Assembly: GCA_951406725.2 (NCBI GenBank)
Contig: OX597814.1
Coordinates: 197,532,001-197,596,000, forward strand
Reading direction: 5' to 3'
DNA: 64,000 nucleotides
Origin: Octopus vulgaris
Taxonomy: Eukaryota
Part shown: piece by piece, positions 52,225 to 64,000 of the stretch
How the letters are laid out: each line of letters opens with the position of its first letter
Position numbering within the stretch: position 1 is the stretch's first letter
Position numbers and translations under genes: made by a program
Notes under the pieces: generated by a model
The model's database searches: none
The model's input: only the letters and a program-made list of their open reading frames with translations
Told to the model about the DNA's origin: nothing

Positions 52225-52647
52225 TATAGACAATATATATATGGACAAAGGTGTGCTTAACCACGTTGAGGACACTCGCAAACGCTAACTTACATTAACG
52301 GCACTTTGAAGATATGTATTTACTGCCAGGATTTTTGTCAAGGTATAGAAACAGACGTAGAGAGACTTCGGGAAAAGACAACAACAATGTAATGCAATGC
52401 AGATAAATATAATTAAGATTTGCTGCTGTTGTTGAGAGTTGAGCACTGAAGCCATGAGAGTGTGTTGGTGTATATGTGGGAGTGAGTGCTTACGTCAGTA
52501 ACTATAGATGTGTATATTATACTGATGAGTAGACAGATGGACATGTGTGAGTGCGTATAAGACAGAGAGAAAGAGAGACAGACAGAAAGATAGATACTTA
52601 CATACAGATAGATAGATAGATAGATAGATACAACAGATGTGTGAATC

Positions 52648-52683
<36 letters not shown>

Positions 52684-52727
52684 ACAAATGCATAAATATA
52701 CATGCCTGTATATATGTGTGTATGTAT

Positions 52728-52762
<35 letters not shown>

Positions 52763-52886
52763 AAAACACATGCACACACATACATATATGTGAGTGTGTA
52801 TGTAACTACATATTTGAATAAATATGCAGGTATAAGCATGCTACCAAATATCGGCCCCCTCACACTCTATATCTGCACAGGTGTAG

Positions 52887-52936
<50 letters not shown>

Positions 52937-53397
52937 TGTGTGTGTGTGTTGCGTGTGATTGTAAATGCACAGACAGATTCCTTGATAGATAACTAGATAG
53001 ACGGGCAATCACATAGATACTATTTTCTTCCTATCTTTTCTTTTACCTTATGAATATTTTTTCTTCTAATATTTTTTTCTTCCTTTAATATACATCTTCC
53101 TTCTTTACAGTGATCCGTATAATATGATTCTCCTCTCATCCTAACTTTATTAGGATCACAGCAACACCAGTACAAGAAAATCTTATTCATAACAGGATAA
53201 AAATGTTGAGATAAGCTGATTCCCTCATGATTCAATCATATATTCCTATAATATTCTCCAAAAAGACACACACCGGGAATGTTCATGCCGAATCTAAGAA
53301 TATTAGCCTCGGAAATCACTTTTCTGCAACAGTAAATATTAGGTGTTATTTTCACTTTCCTGTTCAAAGGAAACTATGATTGCATGTTATATATGTG

Positions 53398-53438
<41 letters not shown>

Positions 53439-53568
53439 ATATCTGTATGTGTTTGTATATGATATGTATATATGTACATGCATACATACATATGAGTGTA
53501 AATCACAATATTATTTGCATACTTATATACGCATACATATAAATCTATCGATCTTCCCCCCTCTCTAG

Positions 53569-53631
<63 letters not shown>

Positions 53632-53811
53632 CAGTATAGTGTCCAGTAAAGGTAAAATCAGCAAAACGACTATATTTTTAAAAAATTAAAAAGAAAACAA
53701 AACTATATATATATATACACACACACACACATATATATACACACACACATATATATATATATACATACACACACACACACACACATGCACACACGCACAC
53801 ATATATATATA

Positions 53812-53875
53812 TAGGGAGAATTCACAAAAAAAAACAAAAGACGAAGACAGGTGGTGTATGCAACAAACAGATATT
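53812..53875 (-). mobile_element. 3' fragment of the Penelope-type repeat
   Basis: gacgaagacaggtggtgta is the reverse complement of 44340-44358. Confidence 0.7.
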
Positions 53876-53949
53876 GTGAATCCATTCTTACAATGCCAAT
53901 TTATCAGCAATAACATTGTTGTTGTTATTATTATTATTATTATTATTAC

Positions 53950-54003
<54 letters not shown>

Positions 54004-54511
54004 TATTAATATTATTATTATTATTACTCTTATTATTATCGTCATCATCTTTTTTTATCTTGACCTGTGCCAGATCGTATTATGATAAATAGTTAACGCT
54101 GATATTCAATACTTTCTTAGAGAAACGGACACACCTCAGGAGGAGAGTGAAGTGTGTTCTATTATCTTCCTCTTTAACAAAGTCCTGCTGACTTATATTA
54201 TGTTTTATTTCTTCTTTCCTTATCTCATCCCAAACCGATAATTAAAAGGAAGGCTTGTCTTAAAATAGGCAAAAATATTGATATGATAAGCGTTCTATAC
54301 GGAGTTCACACAAGTTGTTGAAACGGTACCTAACTGGTTCCCCTACTTAATATCACACGCATACACATACGTACACACACATATATGCTGTCATACGTAT
54401 TTATGCATGTATATATGTATATATAAATATGTGTGTGTTTGTGTATGTAACATACGGTGTGATTATAAGCAGGGCAAATTTTAGCCAGTTCTCAGCAGAC
54501 TGAAAAAATGA

Positions 54512-54559
54512 ACACCCTTAATTGATTTTCGAACCTTATTGGATTCTCATCAGAGGTAT
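54512..54559 (-). ncRNA. Minimal type I hammerhead ribozyme motif with canonical core
   Basis: AUACCU-CUGAUGA-GAAUC-CAAUAA-GGUUC-GAAA-AUCAA-UUA-AGGGUGU: intact core, 5-bp stem II, UUA triplet, stem I with one bulge. Confidence 0.6.
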
Positions 54560-54683
54560 CTACATCATCTGACAGGCTCCATCTATATATATATATATAC
54601 ATGGATGGATGTCTGTTTCTATATACGTGGTCTATATAGGTATATATGAAATAATACATGTGTGTGTGTTGGTGTGTATACAT

Positions 54684-54716
<33 letters not shown>

Positions 54717-55326
54717 CATACATATGTATATACATATATGATTGTATGTATGTGCGCGAGTATATGTATTTGTGTATAGATACATACGTATATATATATA
54801 TATATATATACTTATACATACATATGTATATACATATATGATTGTATGTATGTGCGCGAGTATATGTATTTGTGTATGTGCGCGAGTATATGTATTTGTG
54901 TATAGATATATATATATATATATATATATGAAGTACATACACACAAAGCACACACACCATAAAAGAAATAACACAAACGATTAACGTATGAAAAAATATA
55001 TAAGAAACATAATGTCGTTAAATGAATAAATTAAATAAGCTTTACGTTAATAAATTGAAGAGCGGAAAGGGGAAGTAATTTACTTAGAACCGTTTGCAAT
55101 TTTAATAAAGATATCAATTGGAAGAACAAGTTGAGTAGACTGCTTAAGACCGGAAGTAGAAACTTACTTACAGTCCGTATGTAATGAAATGACTCAGATC
55201 AAGACTTGTGCTTTACTTCTACGGTAAACCGGGTAATACTTTTAGCCAGCACGCAAAACTTAATATACTAAGCTGATTGTAGTGACCATGCTGTACTCGC
55301 ACGAGGCAGGGGTCGTTATATATGTG

Positions 55327-55373
<47 letters not shown>

Positions 55374-55817
55374 TTTTGTCTTATTTGCTGAGATAATTGT
55401 TATCTTAATCTTTTATTTTTCTGTGTGTATGTGTGCGTTTCAATCAGTGGAATGCTCCCATGCTGTAGCACCGACTTGGATAGCTTAGTGGGGGCAAACT
55501 TACAGCAGTACATAAGTCTTTAAAAATCTGGTATTTATTGATCTTATATGTGAGTGTATCTATCTGTCTGTCTATTTATGTATCTATCTACCTGTTTGTC
55601 AATGAGTATATGCATATATATATATATATATGTATGTATGCATGTATGTATGTAAACATATCGAGATTTATTCTGAGATCCCCTTCGGTCACGACACTAA
55701 CCATGGGATTGCACCTAGAAAGTTACCCTCTGAGGCACAAGTCCGGGCAAGGTTGTTTAAAGAAGATTTGACGATTTAGAGTCTATTTTCAGCATAGGCA
55801 CAGCCCCTTCCATGGCC

Positions 55818-56003
55818 TTAATTATATTTGTATTCTATACTATTATAAATCTCTAGATATGAATTCACTTTAATAGGCATTTATTATATGTTGGCCACTG
55901 ATAAGCTCTTTTAATTATATTTGTATTTTATACTATTATAAATCTCTAGATATGAATTCACTTTAATAGGCATTTATTATATGTTGGCCACTGATAAGCT
56001 CTT
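55818..56003. repeat. 93-bp tandem duplication
   Basis: Units 55818-55910 and 55911-56003, one mismatch seen. Confidence 0.95.
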
Positions 56004-56089
56004 TAACGGTTTTTTATCCTTTATTGTTATTATTATATATAAAACATATATATATATATATATGTCTCTATGTGTGTGTGTATGTATGT

Positions 56090-56218
56090 CTGTATGATTT
56101 CAAAACTAGGTTGTCTAGTTACATGAAGCATACAGAGGTCAAGTTGCTTGACATTGTTATTTACATAGTTCATTTATTTGTCTTTGTTTTATTGTTTGGT
56201 ATTTTCTTTGTAATATAA
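56090..56218 (+). pseudogene. M4-like end of a further Cys-loop remnant (P14)
   Basis: KLLDIVIYIVHLFVFVLLFGIFFVI*. Weak upstream motifs at 55110-55290. Confidence 0.25.
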
Positions 56219-56542
56219 CTGGGGAAAGAGGGAGACTGGAGGAAGGTGGTGGGTATATTTTTACGAGTTGAAAACAATGTGTGAGGAGAGAGAGGTTTTG
56301 AATTCTAACAAGAATACGTAAATGTGTATCGGTGCACATGTGTGTAAGTACACGTACTATGTATGTATATGTATACACAAAGACACACACACATACGGAC
56401 ACAGACACATATTAGTGCAGATAACTTTATTGGCCACACAGGGCTAACACAGAGGGGACAAATACAAATGTAGAGCTTTTCTTATTTGCGTAGATAGATA
56501 GATCTTTAGATAGATAGATATTTAGATAGAGAGATAGATATT

Positions 56543-56632
<90 letters not shown>

Positions 56633-56756
56633 TAGATAGATAGATATTTAGATAGGCAGAAAGACAGACCTGCATACATGCAGAATCATAGTTACATATA
56701 TTTACATACATAGTGTGTTTTTATGTATGTAAATGAATATGTGTATTTATGCATAC

Positions 56757-56811
<55 letters not shown>

Positions 56812-57326
56812 CACGTGCCTGTGTATGTGTGTGTGCGCAAGTTTGTGCGTGTATCCTTGTGGCAAATTAACTCACTTTTGTTATCAACGAACTTATATAT
56901 ATATAACATACACACATATACATTCGTGTGTGTGTGTCTGTATGTGTAAATATGCTAGTATAAGCGTGTGAGAGAGATTATGTATGTATGTGTCTATAAA
57001 AGAATTTATGTATGTGCGTATGTCTGTGTACTTGTGCGAGTATGTATGCACATGGGTGTGTGTTTCTACGTACGTGAAAGTGAAACATGAAATACCTCAA
57101 GATGTAGAAGAAAAAAAATGACAAATGTTATTCATACAAACTCAATGTCTGCAAATGGATATGTTTAGAGTAAGAATCGATAAATTAGAAATTATGAATA
57201 ATATATATAAATGCCTTGCTGTTTCTCGTTGGTTTTTGATGATTTTTCTTTTGTACTGCCGTCATGAATTGTCATGAATTGTGAATTTCTCTTGCAGCAG
57301 CCTCCAGTAATCTATATTAATCTGAC

Positions 57327-57361
<35 letters not shown>

Positions 57362-57375
57362 TGTATGCATGTGTA

Positions 57376-57409
<34 letters not shown>

Positions 57410-57506
57410 TCTACATACATATATATGTATATGTATTATACATATGTAGATAGATATATATATATATATATATATAGATATTGATATGTATATATAGTTA
57501 TATATT

Positions 57507-57550
<44 letters not shown>

Positions 57551-57803
57551 TATATAGATACATATATATGTATATATAGATACACCCACATATATATATA
57601 TACATATATAGATGCATATATATATATATACACACACACATATATGTATATATATAGAGAGAGAGATATATACATACATACATACATACATATAGATATA
57701 TATTGATAGACAGGTATATATAATTATATAGTTACACACACACACACACACATACACACATACATACATATATTGATAGATAGGTATATATAATTATATA
57801 GTT

Positions 57804-57850
<47 letters not shown>

Positions 57851-58289
57851 CGTGTGTGTGTGTTTGCATGTATCTTTGTACGTATGCTTAAAATCTGCTT
57901 TGGGATATACATTGTTATTCTTTTCCCGCCAATTATATAATGACATAATGCAGCGATTATTGTATTTTGTCTCAAGGTAGGTGGTGGGCACGATGGTAGG
58001 TACATAAGACGACGAACAAACTTGGCACTAAATTGGTAGATACGTTGGAGCATCGCAGAAAAAGGCGGTGAACTTGTATTTACGTTACAGCGAACGGCGC
58101 ACAAATTTGCTTTATCAGTAGAATGTGACGTCGAACACTATGCATTATTTTTTTTTGTTTTTGCATCTTCTCACTTTCTTAGGCTTATTCAAGCACATAC
58201 GAGATCAACAACTTCAACTCCTACCCATGTACTTTAGTCAGCTTAAATTTTGCTTTTTATCCTGCAATATGTTGATTAAATAAATAAAA

Positions 58290-58457
58290 TATTTCGTCTG
58301 CTGTTCCGTTCTAAGTTCAAATTCCGCCGAGGTCCACTTTGCCTTTCATCATTTCAGGGTCGATAAATTAAGTAACAGTTGCGTATTGGAGTCAATCTAA
58401 TCGACTGGCCTCCTTCCCCAAAATTTCAGGCGTTGTGCCTAGAGTAGAAAAGAATAA
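58290..58457 (+). mobile_element. SINE family B, second monomer only
   Basis: Begins at tatttcgtctg; ends gtgcctagagtagaaaagaata. Confidence 0.88.
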
Positions 58458-59599
58458 TAAATGTATGATACATTAAGTTTTAAAACTATAATTTCCTTAT
58501 CACTCACTGTCATTCATATCCTATTTTCAATCCTTAATTATCAAACATAAACTTCGCTATACTTTCACACCGGTTTATATTGTTGTTTGTTTTAATGTTG
58601 TCATAGTTTTTGTTGTTCTTCTGCCCCACGTCAGCTCAGAACGGATCGGGAGTTAAATGAATTTCATCTACGAATATTTTCTCTTCTATTTTTTATAATC
58701 AATGTGTATCTTGGACAGTATTTTCTCTGATGTATTTCAATTTTAGGGCGTTAAGTTGTAATGTGGATAAGATCCGATTGTGTGGTGTTATGTATTTTTT
58801 TTTAATTGAACTAATGAGTACTTCTCCAAATATCTGCAATCATGCTTGTACTGAAGGGAGCGAATCATAGGAAATATTCCATAAAAGAACATGTCATTTG
58901 AGGTCTTCGATTCACTTAGTTCCAACAAACCTCTACTTATAACACGTTACTTATCATCATTTACCGTCAATGAAATAGAGGCAAAATCGAAATATATTTC
59001 TGTTCCACATTCGATGACCCATGCAAACCCGGTGTTACGTAAAAATTATTCAGTATATAGCAATTTTTATATATTCAACGAGAGGAAATAAAAGGTGTAT
59101 TGTAACTTGCTCGAATCATTGCAGTATATATAAATAAAATCTAACTACACTGAACAAGGCTCATCAACTTAATGCAACATTAAACCTGATCGTACAACTG
59201 ATCAACGGCGTAAAAACAATATAAAACAACACGAAAAAATATTGATACATTGATACATCGATACCTAAATATACATTATTATAATTCAAAACCAGCAATA
59301 TTACGATATAACATATAAGGTGTTCATTTTAACAACCATTTTATTGATGTAAACAGTTCAACGATCTACCAGACACTCACCGATTTCTTACATCACTCTC
59401 CAAGATAATCCATAATTTAACACTTTGGAATCTGAGTACTAAAAATCAACATTCCCAATAAACTGTGAAAACGCTTTCGTATGAAAACTGCTAATATACT
59501 AAACGTGACAACGTTATTATTGAATGTGAACTAATAATTTGTGTTTTAAGTTTTACAGTATATCAGGACGTTTATTTGTGTGTGACTACTCATATAATT

Positions 59600-59600
59600 A

Positions 59601-59636
<36 letters not shown>

Positions 59637-59644
59637 AATATAGC

Positions 59645-59713
<69 letters not shown>

Positions 59714-60484
59714 TGTATATATATATATATATATAGATATAGATATATGTAGATATGTATGTATATATATATATATATATATATATTTACATTTAGATAT
59801 ACATACATACATATATTTATATATATATATATACATACATATATTCATATATATATACATACATACATATATTCATATATATATACATACATACATATAT
59901 TCATATATATATATACATACATACATATATTCATATATATATATACATACATATATTCATATATATATATATATATATACATACATACATACATATATTC
60001 ATATATATATACATACATACATATATTCATATATATATATATATACATACATACATACATATATTCATATATATATATATACATACATATATTCATATAT
60101 ATATATATATATATATATCCATATATATACATATATTCATATATACATACATACATATATCCATATATATACATATATTCATATATACATACATACATAT
60201 ATCCATATATATACATACATACATATATTCATATATACATACATATATATCCATATATATATATACATACATACATATATTCATATACATACATATATTC
60301 ATATATATATATATATATACATACATACATATATTCATGTATATATATATATATATATACATACATATATTCATGTATATACATACATACATATATTCAT
60401 ATATATATTTACATACATATATTCACATATATCTATACAAACATATATATATATATATATATATAGATATAGATACATACATAC

Positions 60485-60530
<46 letters not shown>
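59600..60530. repeat. (TA)n/CATA/ATTCAT compound array
   Basis: Directly visible. Confidence 0.96.
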
Positions 60531-60840
60531 CGTCCGTTTGCGTCTGTGTGTATAATTACTGTACTGTGTCACATTAACCCCATTCAGATTGACAGAATTT
60601 TTTTCGGGAATGAACTCGTTATGAAGGCTGCACCATGGGTTAGTTTGCACGACGCAGTTGTATCACGGCGTCTCATCAGCAGCGATCAATTGAACCGTGT
60701 TAACTGGCCCTAAGACGGCGACTCTGGACGACCGACTGCTGAACAAAAACATACGCATAGATGAAACAGTAGTTTAATACTGCTACAGCAAAATATGGCT
60801 GCAGAAATGGCAACAATTTTTGTATCTAATTGACACCAAA

Positions 60841-62380
60841 ATGGAGGACTTTCTTTATGTAGCCTCGGTTTAATTTTGTATTTGTTTACGTGTTGGTAAT
60901 TTTGTTTGTTGTTGTTTTGTTCGTTTTTTTATTTTCTTTCTTGATTTTATAACTATTTGATACTGTACTTCATGGCTCAAGAAATGACTCAATCATTGCA
61001 TCAATACGTAACTGGCACCAATCCGGAGGATGTATTTGAAACCTCGATTCGCCTTTGTGTTTGTGTTTGTCAATCGAATCTCTGAACTTTGTATTTGTGT
61101 GTTTGTTTGATTTTAAGTTAAAGTTAAATTAAAATTTAAGATGACATCTGAAAAACTAATGTTATGGGTGGAAAAGAAAATTGAATACATCAAAACATCA
61201 CTCAAACACCACCAGTAGTTTTGTCTATGGGTCTCTGTGTGAAAAACAAGAACAACCCATTGTTTTGTAGGTTATTTACCACAGCTAGGAATCACCGACT
61301 CAGCTGTCTACGAACTTAATCCCATTTCACACTACTCCGTTCGTTTGTAATTGCGTTTGTAAATGCATACGGACTATTTAAACTGTAAATTCCAAAATCA
61401 TTTAAAAGTCTCAATAAACTAAAACTCCAAGCACGTGACTGGTAGATTCAATCAATACACATCGCTTATCGTTACAAAGAGTATCTTAAGAGCATCTTCA
61501 AGTGTTTTGACATTTTAACCTAGAAAGAAAGAGCTGTAAACATGATCTTTAGAAACCTTTCAGGACATCTGCGGTCACTACGATTGATGTTCAGTCTGAA
61601 TTCCAACGTGAATGTTTTGTTTGTGAGGAAAAGTGGGTAAGAAGAGAGTTCTAGCATGAGAGAAATTTCTAGTGTCGAGTTTGTATAAGGACAACGAAAT
61701 AAAGGTGATCTTCTGTATTGGCTCTTTACAACTTGAAGTTCATAGGATCAGGGTCTGTCAGTCGGAACTTCATTTCGAAGGAATCAGTGTAGAAGGTTTG
61801 CCTATAGCAGCTTTTTCGTCCTAGTTCATGTACAGACAGTAATTTAGCACGGAGAAAAATTCTGTTTTGCATAGAGACAGAGTACAAAGCCGAAATAATT
61901 TGTGTTTCCGAGAAGGATAAATTTTTGATCTGAAGTTTTCACGATTACGAGAGATTGCGATTCATTAGTATCTACCTTCCATTTGAGAAATTTAGTTGTA
62001 CATTCCCCAAAGAATAAAATGCAGTGAAATTGTTATCAGTTTCATTTCAGTAGTGTTGGAAAGGAAATACGTTCAACTGACTTACATCACTGGGTAGGAT
62101 TTGAACTTGTTGATCTCATGTGGGTGCGCTTAAGCTATCCTTATATAACCTTATGCTCTGCAATACTTCAGCTCTATCTCAATGCTTCTTTGTTGCAAAA
62201 GACCAAATTTCCTTGATATGTTTCAATCGATTATGTCAGAGATCGGATAATATAATGCCTTAACATAAAATGATCCAACACATAAAACCTCTACATATTT
62301 TTTGCTTACGGACCCTTTCGATTTTTATTTTACTCTACTTGAACTCCACAGCCATTAGATGTTTTTTTAAAAAATCCCAT
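60841..62380 (+). pseudogene. Cys-loop subunit pseudogene P16
   Basis: Hydrophobic LCSLGLILYLFTC before g|gtaatt (about 60895); DYLNC (61372-, cf. DxYLxW); KSCKHDL*KPF (61529-61561, cf. KSSCxIDVxxFPF); hydrophobic segments 62130-62350. Confidence 0.4.
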
Positions 62381-62388
62381 TGTTTTTG

Positions 62389-62726
62389 TTACCTCTGCCT
62401 TAGCGAAGATGGAGGTATTGTTTTCAGTCGTGTTTGTTTGTTTGTTTGTCCATGGAAAGATATCTCAAGAACCGCTGGATGGATTCGGATGAAATTTTCA
62501 GGGATGTTTGGCCTCGTGTCTGGCACAAACTGATTAGATTTGGGAATCGATCCGGGACTGGACAAGGATTCTGGATTATTTTTCCGTTTTTTTTTTAACT
62601 TAATTTTTGAGAACAGTCGGGTTCTTTATTAATATTTTCGTTTGTGAGAGCAGTCGAGTTTATTTCAGATATTTTCTTTTTAAAAATCATCTCAAGCTAA
62701 TCGTTGAGAGGACGTTAGTATTGCCT
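62389..62726 (+). mobile_element. Helentron-associated non-autonomous element (DINE-1/HINE-like), 3'-truncated
   Basis: ttacctctgcc...ggaggtattgttttc 5' hairpin, (GTTT)n, ggatggattcggatgaaatttt and tgattagatttgg...gatccgg. Ends at gcctt before the expected 3' subTIR. Confidence 0.75.
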
Positions 62727-62932
62727 TCGTGAGAGCTAGAATTGAACCTACGCCGTCTAGCTACGAATGAGATCTAGAATTTCATTTTGGCACAGATAAT
62801 AACAGAACGTCTATGAATTGTTCCGAAAGCATCGCGAAAGCTAGAATTGAACCTACATCGTCTAGCTACGAACGGGATCTAGAATTTCATTTTATCACAG
62901 ACAATAACAGAACAACGTCTTTGAATTGTTCC
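62727..62932. repeat. 105-bp tandem duplication
   Basis: agctagaattgaacctac...gaattgttcc twice, with starts at 62727 and 62832. Confidence 0.9.
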
Positions 62933-64000
62933 AATGTACTAACTTTCGTTCCCTTCTTTGAAAGATTTATCGAATGTCATTCAAACTAGTCCATTACAAA
63001 TATATTCCTGTCATGTCAATGTATCAACTTTTAATAAAATATACATTAAACGTACATATAAAGCATACGTAAATATTATCTAGTAAATGTGACTTTTCGA
63101 TTAAATGGTATTGTTTTCCTTCCTTCGTATACCTTTTCGCTCCATTCTTGCTGTAGTTGTTTAGTTGGCACTGTTGTTGTTGCTTCTGTTGTTCTTGTTA
63201 TTGCTGTTGTTGTTGTTGTTGTTGTTGTTGTTATGGTTATTGGTGTTTATTCAATAACTTTTGGTTGCTTAGGTCTGCGAAGTGTGTTTCTGTATCATAA
63301 ATTGTAATGTTCCCGTAGTATGTGTTTTGTTCAATTCTTATATAACGAAAACTAACCGTTGGAGTAACTCCTGGTAAAAACAATATAAATTTTTTAAAAA
63401 AAACACAAACAAAACAGCAGCAACAAGAACAACAACAACAATAATAATAATAATAGTATAACAACAACGACAATAATAGTAATAATAACACGATAAAAAT
63501 GGCGGCGTGTCTTAATGTGATTGACGTCTCGCTTTCTGTATCAGCTCTTAGTAAAGGTAGTCACGTGGTAGCATACGACCAGCAGGAAGATGGAGGAAAT
63601 GAACAATTAGATTGACAATGCTTCCAAGTAATTATTAGTTCTGCTTTAACTAGGACATTCTAACGTAAGTTTCTTATCATCACCATCATCATCATCATCG
63701 GCGTAGTGTCATTCTGTGCTTGCTGCCATCACTAAGGTACAGTATATGCCCCCTCCCCCTAACTCTGTACACTCGCACAATCCAACATGGCGAGGTGGCT
63801 TTCCATTTTCCCTTCGCTTTATTTTATTTATTTTTCCTTTCCGTTAATCTCTCTTTTCTTTTCTCTTTCCTTGACACATCTCTAACATTTATTTCTCCAC
63901 TCCCTCTCTCTCTCTCATATGTGTATACATTTCTTCCTTCCTACCTTTGTCATATATATTTAATAAACTTTTTCTATCTCTCTCACACTTATACACACAT

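Larger units (their letters stand above)
57100..60650 (+). pseudogene. Cys-loop subunit pseudogene P15, near full length and nAChR-like
   Basis: DVEEKK*QML (57101-57130, cf. DVDEKNQIL), VILFPPII (57914-), CLKVG/GRW/HDG, PCTLVSLNFAFYPAIC* (58225-58275, M1), HLRSSIHLVP (58895-58924) and IDRIFF (60588-60605, M4). Confidence 0.75.

Noticed and set aside
60640-60685. Hammerhead-like CUGAUGA-GACGC...GCGUC on the minus strand
   Set aside because: Followed by GUGC rather than GAAA, with no stem I or III.
63495-63600. Promoter-like cluster (aaaatggcgg YY1-like, tgacgtc, cacgtg)
   Set aside because: Short motifs are expected by chance and no downstream exon is identifiable. The region may instead be the tail of P16.

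Overview
AT-rich, microsatellite-dense animal genomic DNA. The repeat content points to an octopod cephalopod (inference, not confirmed). No intact protein-coding gene is visible, and almost all long ORFs in the track are translations of (TA)n/(TATG)n repeats. Main result: most of the non-repetitive DNA between repeats reads, with stops and frameshifts, as a tandem array of roughly 15 heavily decayed Cys-loop (nicotinic acetylcholine receptor-like / cephalopod chemotactile receptor-like) subunit pseudogenes. All lie on the + strand and appear intron-poor, with motifs in the correct order and often the correct spacing. Layered on top are four tRNA-derived SINE families with modular tails, LINE fragments (Tx1/L1, R4/Dong, CR1-group), non-autonomous Helitrons and a Helentron-type element, mariner and pogo derivatives, and several Penelope-type elements carrying minimal hammerhead ribozyme motifs, including a tandem pair 231 nt apart. 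All protein-level calls come from manual translation and need profile-HMM confirmation.
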